Part shown: one piece after another, positions 13,850-23,883 of the stretch
Layout: the number at the start of each line of letters is the position of its first letter
Numbering within the stretch: position 1 is the stretch's first letter
Assembly: GCA_050084515.1 (NCBI GenBank)
Contig: CM114271.1
Coordinates: forward strand, 47,120,001 to 47,184,000
Origin: Blasia pusilla
Taxonomy: Eukaryota
Direction: 5' to 3'
DNA length: 64,000 nucleotides
Position numbers and translations under genes: made by a program
Notes under the pieces: generated by a model
Told to the model about the DNA's origin: nothing
Seen by the model: only the letters and a program-made list of their open reading frames with translations
Database searches by the model: none

Positions 13850-15150
13850 CGGGCATGGATTACGACTCAACCCATCTGCATCCTGGTTGAGCGTCCCAGG
13901 TCTATGTTTCACCTGAAAAATCATACTTCTGCAACAACAGAGCCCATCTCGCAAGCTTTCCTGTAAGCTTGTCGGGCTCCATCAACCACTTTTGTGGTTG
14001 ATGATCAATGATGATGGTAAAGGGGTTGCCAAATAAGTAACACCTGAAATGCGTGACAGCCCATATTGCAGCCAAGCACTCACCCTCATACGAGTTGTGC
14101 TTTGCCTCTGCAGCGTTGTTCGAGCGGCTAGCGTAAGCCACCATGAACTCTCTACCCTCATCATCATGATGGGTGAGTACCGCTCCAAGCCCCAACATGC
14201 TCCAATCTGTGTGCAATTGGAAAGGACGCCCGTTGATCGGTCTCCTCAAGATGGGTACGGACGTCAACCTGTCCTTGAGTAACTGAAATGCTCGCTCTTG
14301 CTCATCCCCCCAATGCCACTCCTGATCCACCTTGGTCAGCAAGGTTAGCGGCTTTGCAATCAAACTGAATCCCTTGACGTACCGCCGATAGAAGTTCGCC
14401 AATCCCATGAATGCACGAACACAGCTCATATCTATAGGCCGTGGAATGTGTGAGATAGCCTCTACCTTCGTCTGCTGAACACCAAGGCCCCCTAGGTATA
14501 TCGTATGACCCAAGTTCTCAATCTGCAAGAAGAGAAGAACTTGCACTTGCCTGGATGTAATTGCAATCGTCAAAACACCTCCTCTAGATGTCGCTCATGC
14601 TCCTCAACCGTGGCGCTGAAGACTACTGTATCATCAATATAACACCTAGAAAAATCTAGAACAGCCAAGATCCTATCCATGACCCTCTGAAACTCTGAGG
14701 CGTTCTTTAACCCAAATGGTCAGAACCACCATTAATACAAACAATCCTTCCCGTGAGGATCGATGCCCCAAAATGCCGTCTTTCGCACTTTTGTCCTCCA
14801 ATCGATAATACCGATGGTATCCGGCTCACAAATCCAATGAACTGAAGACCTTTGCTTGACCAATTGCATCAAAGATCTCCTTAGGGGTGGGCATGGCATA
14901 CCTATTGGACTTCGTCTGTTGATGATAGGTTGGTAATCCCCACACATCCGCCTATCCTCTAGTTGTCATGCACATCCTTCTTGGCGGGCATGATACTGGT
15001 AGATGCATACTCCCCATGCGACATCTCCACTAGTCTTGCTCCAACCAAGTCTTGGCTCCTACTCTAAATCAGAGCCCTCTCCATATCATTGTACTTGTAG
15101 CATCGTCGGAAAATCGGCGTATCACTAGACAACTCAATGCGGATCCCCGG
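13850..15150 (-). pseudogene. Reverse transcriptase + RNase H (copy 1)
   Basis: MCGDY, KTAFWG, CYIDD, LGHTIY, FMGLANFYRRYVKGFSLIAKPL, FQLHTDWS..GLGAVL, VAYASR, YEGECLA, IIDHQP. Confidence 0.93.
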
Positions 15151-15639
15151 TCCCTTCAGTGTACCCAAATCCTCCATGCTAAATGCAAAGCAGCTCCTAT
15201 AACTCCTGAGGAACTGATGTATTCGGCGCCCCTCTCCTCCTGTCAACTTAGGGCCCATATCTAGCTACCAAGTCTCCATCGTGACTACGGTAGGACTCTC
15301 CGACGCGGATATCGCTGGTTGCTATGGTGCAACCCCGTCTCAAACAACAACACTCGGCCGCTCTCCTGCAACCAATTGCAAACTCTGATCTCCTCCACGA
15401 GGAGTGCGCGAAACCACGCTCGATGCTGTGGCTATCATCTCCTAGCGTACCTGCTAAAACATCCCAAGAAGTCCAAGGATGTCTCTCCCGATCTCCCCTA
15501 GTGTGTAGATCTCCTCGGGTCTCGCCCCAGCCACTACCTCCATCGTCTCGGTAGGCATGGGGCTCACCAACGCAACCACTGTAATCTGTCGCGATCTCAT
15601 ACGGTGTTGCTCAGCCACTCCCAAGCTGAGGATCCATGT

Positions 15640-16560
15640 CAAGCAATTCAGGTCCATCGCCTAACCCAAGACATGGCGTCGTGATGCCTCTTACACTGAC
15701 GGTACTTCCGTCACTCCTGTGGGAAATCCCATCGCTCGCTCTCTCTCGTCGGCGTCGGGCTCCACCAACCGCTGAACCTGGTCATCCCAAACCAAGCCAA
15801 GACCGGCCTCCTTGTATGCATAGGAAGCGGGAACGTGGGCAAGGCTGCCCGCTGCCTGCCTACCCTGTTGACCACAGTCAACGGTGGTCGATCATCGTGC
15901 CTCACTGCCTGTGATCGACGACCTGGATCCAAAATGGAATCCACTAACAAATGGGAGGGGCGCTCCACTCTCGCATACGTCCTGCGTAACACCGCATGGG
16001 GCACCAAGTTGGTCCACCATAGACGCGGGCGATGGGCTTTAGAACCTACACTCGCCGCATCCAAGAACACTGCTGGGCCGATCCAGGCACGCACCTACTG
16101 AGCACTCGTCACCACCCGTGACCTGGAGTCTCCTAAGATCGGCACATTCTCCATAATGTAGGCTGGAGAAAAAGAGTGGTGCTCTTGCAACTGCCGTAAG
16201 ACCCTCAACATCTCCCAAAACAACTTGGACCGAGTGTCATCCAACCCGGAGCCTCGTCCAACACTCGATTGGCCCTGACATGGCCAACTGGAAATGACCA
16301 AATCAATGGTCCCTACCCGCTCTAAGTCCTGTGCCCCCAGCAAGGAAATATCCCTCGGTAGGGAACTCTGGTACCCCTGTACGGCGGACGCAGATAATAA
16401 GTCGAGAAAATGTAGGCCTAACTGCGCCACATGTCGTAGTGAGACGCGCCTCGCAACATCATCACTCTCCACATACAGGTACTCCTGCACTCGCACTCTT
16501 GCTTGCAAAACAACAGCTAACCCGGTGCTAATCCCTCCAAAGAGATCTAATACTCGAATA
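15640..16560 (-). pseudogene. C5 cytosine DNA methyltransferase domain (DNMT3-like) inside pol (copy 1)
   Basis: Motif I VLDLFGGISTG, II YLYVE, III PRDI, IV IDLVISSWPCQGQS, SKLFWEMLRVL, VI YIMENV, VIII AHRPRLWWTN, IX ERERAMGFP, X VLG*AMD, in canonical order. Confidence 0.93.
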
Positions 16561-16759
16561 CCCTCCTTCGGGATACACCACACAATGGGTGTGGCATCCA
16601 AGGGTGTCATCGTAGCACTCCCTGCTACCTCGGGTTCTCAAGACCCGTCACGCTCCGGTGCAAACGCCTCGCTCTACTAAGGTCGCCTCCTCTCATGGTT
16701 GTCGCTCGATCATTGCATCTGTGAATTGAACGGGTAATGAGCTAAGGCGTCCATCACCT

Positions 16760-17180
16760 AACTACCATCCTGGTCTGTAGGATGCTGACTCCTCCAAGTA
16801 ATCCAGGGAAAACCCCATCGGGTATAACATTGCTCCACCAACCAAGACGTCGTAGGATTCTGCATCAATCACTATCGCCTTGGCTCGCACCATGGACTCA
16901 TCTGTAGGATGTCCAGGGCAAATCCTCACCACGACCTCCTGTCGGGTGATATACTGTGTGGTACTCGCTCGCTCCACCCAAGGATGTTTGTATCCGGAAT
17001 GGACAACGCTCCACATTGGCTCTTGTCAAGCCCAATCCTCTGAATGACGCTTTCCCCAACATCAGGGGTTGTGCTCTTGAATCCAACAAGACGCGTTGCA
17101 GACTAAAAGCTCTAGCTCCGAGACTCACCAACCGGAATACCTCTCCTCGGTTATCCAACAACACAACACCAGGAGAAGCC
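16760..17180 (-). pseudogene. Aspartic protease (copy 1)
   Basis: RVLLDSRAQPLML (DSG in copies 2 and 3) and YDVLVGGAML. Confidence 0.85.
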
Positions 17181-17779
17181 ATGGCACGCTCTATCGCGGG
17201 TCTAGCGGGCATCTCCGCCATCCTAGCAGTCGCAGCTTGCCATGAATTTGACGTGGACGGCCCGAGCATCTGCTCCAAGGGCAGGTCCATCACATCCTCT
17301 ACAATCACCTGTGAACGTGATACAGGAACTCCAACTCCGCGCTCACATAGTGAAGTGGCCAACCAAAAGCCTCGGTGAGCGTATCCCCCAACGTCATAAC
17401 AACAGAAGCAAAAAATAAAGGAGTGCGGTACACAACGGTGGCCGCCCCCAACAACGTGCTCGACACATGTCCCTCCTGAGCATCAACAATAGGAGTCGTC
17501 GCACTCGCTTCTCCCATCGCCCTTCATGCCTACACACCAACAACATCACCAACTCTCTAGGAACTTTGATGAGGATCCATCGATGGGGTCCTCATCGCTT
17601 TGGACAACGTGAAAGACTGAGGAAGCCTAGTCTATTTTCTGGCTTCCCCTCGTTGTGGATCCAACTCTACGGCTGCCCCACGCATCACAACTCGGGCGGC
17701 CTCCATCTGGGCAACCCCGCACATCCAACTAGGATCCTCCATATCTCTCGCTGCTCCATATGATATCGATGCCACGGAT

Positions 17780-19400
17780 CCGGCATCGGGTAACCTCAAT
17801 GCCATAGCGGCAATCTGCTCCTGTAGCTGCTGTATCTGAGGAGCTATCCCAACCTCACGTCCGACGTCTCCCTTGACGCGTCTGGGTGGTGGTACTCTAC
17901 CTCCTCCACGGGCACCTCCACCACCCTGTTGGGCAACTCTAGCTTCTCGTCCCCCAACGGGACCACCTTGTGCACGATCTCTAGGCCCACCTGGACCGGC
18001 TACTCGCTCTGGTGCCCTCTCTGGCCCTCAGTCCGGACGTAACTCAGGATGTAAACTGAAACACCTGGTGCATGTATGACCCTACCTCAGACAATAGTCA
18101 CACTGATAACCTCCAGGTGCAGCATAATCTCCTCCTCCATGTTGAGGCACACATCCATGACCCTGACGAGTGCAATCGCGGTGATGATGGGCTCCACCAC
18201 ATGACCAACAAGTAATAGTAGGCGGCTTCTGCTGAGTCTTGGAGTCCACGTTGCTGCACAAGTGGTGCAGCCAATCGTGACTGCTCTCGCCTAGAACCCA
18301 CGGTGGCTATGCTCTCCTCCTCCATATGGCGCTCAATGTTCTCGGCGGTCCTAAAAACATCTCTCAACGTAGGGGAGGTGTTCATAAGAAGCACTCTCCC
18401 TCCTGCACCCGTGTCTGCAAGGTCCGGTCCAACATCGCGTACCATGACTGGATAGCATGAGCCTTTGTCACCCCGTGAGTGACGTTGATCAACCGATGCA
18501 AGCGAGTGTAAGCCTCACGTAAACTCTCACCCGGGCGCCTCTAGAAGTCGTGGATGCTCCGCAACTTCTCCGTCCGTACCCCCTGGTAGCTCGCCCTCAA
18601 CTCAGCAAAGAACTCAACCACTCGGTTGAACCTGGGACGAACCCGACTAGACGGTGCAACTGCTCCAGTGCAAGTGACCCCACCTAAAAATGTCACTAGT
18701 GGAAGAGGAAGTAGCCTCTCCTGACTTCTCCTCCTCATCTGGGAACGGCTCCGTCCATGACACATAATGTGGGTCATAGTAGAGCCTCCACGCCTCGATC
18801 TCACGTACATATCTCTAAGAGAACTCATGGTAATCGTCCATGGGCGCCCCCTCTAAATGCTAGAACATACCGTTCCATGCTGTAAACGGGTTGAACTCTC
18901 TAGAGTTCCTGGCCTACTAGGAGTCGCACCAACTCCTAAACTCTGCTATAAAATCGTGCAACTCAATCGTGCCTACTACACCTGAAAACCTACGCGGTCC
19001 TCTGCCCCGGTCGTCCATCTCGTACGCCCAACTGGTAGGACCACTCACAATATGTGGCGATGTGCTCACAAACTCCTCTACACCCTCCCCTTGTCTGACG
19101 ATGACACACAAGGAGGTCAAGGTGGTCCCTCACGTGGAGACCCTCGAAACCTCGCGCGGAGACTCTTGGAACCTCGCGCCACTCCGCGTAAAACCTCTAG
19201 AGCTACTCTCGGGTTCACCACCTCGCCTCTCAAAGTCCCGAATGGATGCCGTGATGACCCTCATGCCCCTCTCACCCGATCACTCTCAACCTCGCGAGTA
19301 ATCCCTCAATCTCTCATCCCAAACATGCGGCACTCGATCTACACTCTCCCTCCCCGAGACATGTAACGTGCGACAACACGCGGCATGGTGCGGCAAATGA
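17780..19400 (-). pseudogene. Gag with CCHC zinc knuckle (copy 1)
   Basis: FFAELRASYQGVRTEKLRSIHDF.RRPGESLREAYTRL (Gag-like); CDYCLR*GHTCTRC = CX2CX4HX4C near 18059-18100. Start position approximate. Confidence 0.78.
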
Positions 19401-20830
19401 TCTAGGCTATCATCTCATTCACAACCTACTCTCAACTTCGGACATCCCACACAGGTCTATGTCCCCTAACCCGCATATATGAATGATGCTCTCTACATCC
19501 ACACAACCCAATATCCCCAAATAAACTACCAAAATCCCAGAATCCCTCACACATGTAGGGTAGAGGATCAAAATGGGTAACCTAAACACATGTCGATGTC
19601 GCTCCTCAGCAACTACAAATCTTGAACCCAACTCGGTCATGAAGACAACTCCTCCAATCAGCAAGTGGTACTCCTCTCATATTGACGCTGCTCAACCTCC
19701 TCGACGTGCGGTGCAGGTCGAGCGGTCCGGTGCGGCATTGGCGGCATGGAACGGCTACAAACAACACGGCACTCGGGAATGAGGTGCGGCACTCGACGGC
19801 ATATCCTCCTCAATCAGCAATTCACATGCTCTGCTCCTTAGTGAAGGAGCGGTTCCGTGATCGAGATGGTGCGGTGCGGCCATGAGCAGCACGGCGCAAC
19901 AATCGGCAGCGCGTTGCGGCTACGGGCGTCACGACACGGTACTCGATCTTTGTCGAGCGGCTACCAATCACAACATAGCAGTATGAAATCAAAACTCAAA
20001 CACCATAACTGAAGGTCATCTTCCATCACTGGTTGATGACAACACTGCGATGAAGGTGGCGGCCAAAACAAAGTACGTGGTGGCGACGCAAGTCAGAGAA
20101 TCAACGAAAGTCGTGGAAGACCCTCCACTCCGTAATGGCGGCAATAGCAACGAAAGGGTGGGCAACGGACAGTGGACCGTTGATAGTGACATTTGACTGT
20201 TGATGGTGATGATTGACCATCGATGTCAGACCGTTGACGGTGACTATGACGGTGACGGCCGGCGGCGGCGTGGTGGCTAGTTTAGGGTTTGAACAATTTA
20301 ACCCTAAAAATTACCTAGCAATGGCAGTTTTCCAAGATTGACCATAACTTTTTGCTCGCAACTCCAAATTGTGTATTGTTTTTTGCATAGCGTGCACAGC
20401 TTCATGGTCAACAAAAAAATCAAAAAATATTTAGAATCAGACATTCCAATAAAAATTGACAAGGACTCTTGTAAAGCCCAATGTCTCTTTCTCCTACAAA
20501 AAATTTGGCAACGCTTCCGCGCTGATTTCTCCCAAAAAAATGTAAAACCTGTAAAAATACAAATCAGCAAGCTACATGGTGCTCCCGAGAGCACCAGCAT
20601 GGGGCAACCCACCCCCATAATCAATCCCTATCAGAAATTGGGCAGCGCTTCCGCGCGCCACTCTTCCACACGAAAAATCGGCAAATGCAAAGAACAATCA
20701 AAGCAGCCCTTGCTCCGGTGAGCACTCCCATAAGCCGCTGAACAGGGAACACGGTCCGCAACCTGCAAAAACAGTGAGTGACGAGCGCGCTCCCCCATGA
20801 AGCTCTCTCATTCTTTCATTCTCTCTTTAT

Positions 20831-21342
20831 AAAGTAAGATCCAATCTCTCTCTACACCATCTCACACCATAGCTCTCAAAGGTGTGCACTCTCTCTCATG
20901 TCAAACCAAACCCACTCTCCTAATGAGAGGCTTGGGTTACACTCACAAGGCAAGGGATGATAGCTCCGCCGCCTTATGCCAAGAGGTTCAACAAAGAGAG
21001 AATGAGCTCTCAAGCTCTCTCTCTTGGAGGTATACCCCTTTCCCTCTCCCAAGCCCTCTCAACGGTAACCTATGCTCGCAGGTCACCTCCTTGGCTCTTG
21101 ACCTGCTGTAGCGGGTCAAGGGCCACTTCCTAAAGTGGAAAGTCAACTATTCCCAACATGGAAACTTACCAAAAATAGTAAGTTTTTCTATATGGATCCA
21201 AATGAGCCGAAACGAAGGGGAAACCCGCTCTCTCAGGTTTCCTGGGGCCTCAACAAGTCATCCTTGACCTCCTGGGCCTGTCCACCACTACTCGTGCAAA
21301 TGCTCTGCTAGATCCCACCGATCTATCCTAGCAGTCGTGACA
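20831..21342 (-). repeat. 5' terminal repeat B of copy 1
   Basis: Matches 11667-12179; element-sense start TGTCACGAC; no A segment adjoins it. Confidence 0.92.
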
Positions 21343-21360
21343 CCTTAAAATAAGAAAATA

Positions 21361-21529
21361 CTAGCCGGTGCTCGTGCGATGCACGAATGAAACCGGCGCC
21401 GTACCCCTTAACTTAACTATTAGCTCTTGTTAAACCCACCACATGTCTGCACGGGAAGGGCCTAAAATGCATACGTGTCATGCGGAGGAAGCCCAAGCCT
21501 AAAACCCCAGACTCTTTTAATAGTACAGA
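21361..21529 (-). mobile_element. Non-autonomous mini-Helitron (169 bp)
   Basis: Minus strand: A|TCTGTACTATTAAAAG ... TCGTGC-ATC-GCACGA hairpin, 7 nt, CTAG|T. Shows the 5'-TC, 3' hairpin+CTAG, A-T target and no TSD typical of Helitrons. Confidence 0.82.
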
Positions 21530-23471
21530 TAATTCACAGTAATGAGCATCATCACACAAAAATCCTTGAATCAATATACATAAGATAACATAAGGACTAG
21601 AATCGTATCGAAATATTGGAAAATTGCTTTTAGATCTTGCTTGAGGTCCTAATGATGTATGAGTCTGGCACCATAGTATTTTTGGATAAGTCGGTAATTA
21701 TCTCCATATGGTTAGAAGATTCTTGTACCATCAAAAAACAGAGAAAAATTAATACAAGAAAAATTCCCATTGAAGTGTGCATATGGCTCCATAAAGAAAG
21801 AAACAATAATTTTTTCTACATTACATAAAAATGTCAAAAAATGAAAATTTGAGTTTGAAAGTCTTTTTAATATCATCATTTTGACTCTAAGTACTAAACC
21901 AATGGATTTGTAATGAAAAAGATATGACTATTATAATTTCGCACACTCTCAAATCCAACATTTGATGAGAACCACCTTGAAAAAACAATGAAAATTTCCC
22001 TTTGGATTGTCACAAAGTGGGATACACAAAGCCTAAGTGGTTGTTAAACCTTAATTTAACCTCAACCCTTTTTTTTAATTTTTTTTAATGAAAGCCAAGC
22101 CTTCCGTCCTAGCTACCTCTGTTTGGATGGAGTCAAAATAGAACTCTTATATTTGGGCAATATGCCTTCATATAAATAGCCCAAAGGACTTGGTACGACC
22201 TCTATTTTTATTTTTTTCTTGGTTAGATATGTTACGCAATGTATCATCTTGTGATTAAATTGTATTTTGAGATGCATATTTTTTTTCATTTGCATGACAT
22301 AGGTTTGTGTGATTCCTCTTCATTCACTTCCTTCATGATACCTTTTTCTTCATGAACCAATAGTGGAAGGTAGAAAGTGTGAACTGATATTGGAATTATT
22401 CATACTTAAATGTTACCAATCCAATCTTTTTGCCTTTTCTTGATGATCCCTACTCCTTTTTTGAATTTTGTGTGGAGGCTATAGAGAGGCACACTATATA
22501 CAATCCTCTATACACAATACACCACATCAAACTAACACCATGATATTTTCACTACCCTTGGACTAAATTTGTGAATCTAAAATACCTTAATCTATATGAG
22601 TAAAAGAGGATGGGGTTAGAGAAAAACCTTCATGAGCTATTGATACATGTCTTTTCAACCCTCCTTTGGTGTTGACATGTGTAAGATTTAAGAGAATTAC
22701 TAAATTAATAAGGCCAAAGATTTGTTGGATGCCTTTCCCCTCACCACACTAAAGTAGTCTAATAGGCAACATATGCTAAGAAATCTTCGTCTCTCCATAT
22801 CATAGGCATTATCCTAGTGTTTAAAGTTATCGGTTGCATTACTAATCCAACCACTTCCACGACCTAATTGGACTAGTTAAAAATGAAAAGTACCTCCATA
22901 TGTGACCGTCCGAAATTTTTCCGCAAATGCTGATGAAATACTAAGAGCCGGGTCCCATGGGCAGGAGGTCACGACGACCATAGGGGTCGCCAATTACGGC
23001 GTCCAAAACTTTTGGGCACAAAAACCGTCCTCACAACCTTTAATACTGCATGTTTAACGAGTACTACAAATGACTCATGTATTTTCTTGGTTTGTCCGTC
23101 GCACATATAAATTGGGCGTAGAAATGAGGTCTACATAAGCACATGGGACCCGGCGTTACGGTAGTAGGACAAACGGACGGAAGGGTAAGGTTGGGCATGG
23201 ACGGATAGAGTCCAGTGAAGGATAGACGGACGGACGGAAAGGAGTGGATGGGCAGGGAATGTCATGGGGAGAGAGGGCGGACGGAGGGGAGGGTAAAAGA
23301 GGACGGAGGAGGGGAAAAGATGCCGTCGGGGAGACGGTGGGCAAGATGAGAGGGGATGTTTGTTCCTCGCTGCGCGATGGGACGGCCGCAAGAATGGAGA
23401 GGAATCATCCTTCTCGATCACCGGGCTTCACTGATTCGTGCTTCTTCTTGAAGATTGCTGAGCCGTTTTCT

Positions 23472-23584
23472 GTAAGTCCTCTCTCTCTCATTAATTCTGA
23501 CGTTTGCTTGATCGTTTTTTCTCTCTCGCATATTCATATCTGTCTATCTCTCTTCTGTCTCTTCATTCATTCTGTCGTTCGTTT

Positions 23585-23619
<35 letters not shown>

Positions 23620-23742
23620 TTCGGTGTTGAGAGATCGTAGCAGTCTTTTGACGATCTCTGTGTTGGGTCGGGGTCAGGAAGAGGGTGGCAGAAGTGGGGG
23701 AGAAGGGGGTGTGAGAGCGAGGGATGGAGAGGAGCTTTGCAG
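23472..23742 (+). other. Probable 5'-UTR intron of the golgin gene containing a (CT)n microsatellite
   Basis: GTAAGT at 23472, TTTGCAG ending 23742, (CT)n at ~23588-23616; no transcript evidence. Confidence 0.5.
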
Positions 23743-23883
23743 GCGTGGATGAGGGGAGGAGGGCGCTGCAGGAAGGGCAGCGGTAGGGCTGGAAGTGCAG
23801 GGAGCTTGCGGTGGAGCCGAATTGGTCGCGGCAGGGAGAATTGGAAAGGCTAGGGGCCATTGGTGGAGAAGGAGATCGGGAGA

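Larger units (their letters stand above)
11539..21342 (-). mobile_element. Ty3/Gypsy-type retrotransposon with DNA methyltransferase and PHD domains and split direct repeats, copy 1 (near full length, degenerate)
   Basis: Minus-strand order Gag, CCHC knuckle, protease, C5-MTase, RT (YIDD), RNase H, integrase, PHD. Termini TGTC...GACA. On + strand: A 11539-11666, B 11667-12179, A 12182-12309, internal region, B 20831-21342. No TSD found. Confidence 0.93.

Noticed and set aside
15640-16610. Host DRM/DNMT3 gene or bacterial restriction-modification contaminant
   Set aside because: Colinear with protease and RT in three copies; no introns, no DRM-type motif permutation, no adjacent restriction enzyme or operon context.
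20278-20306. TTTAGGG telomere-like motifs (also ~3270 and ~56271)
   Set aside because: Isolated one- or two-copy telo-box-like motifs, not a telomeric array.
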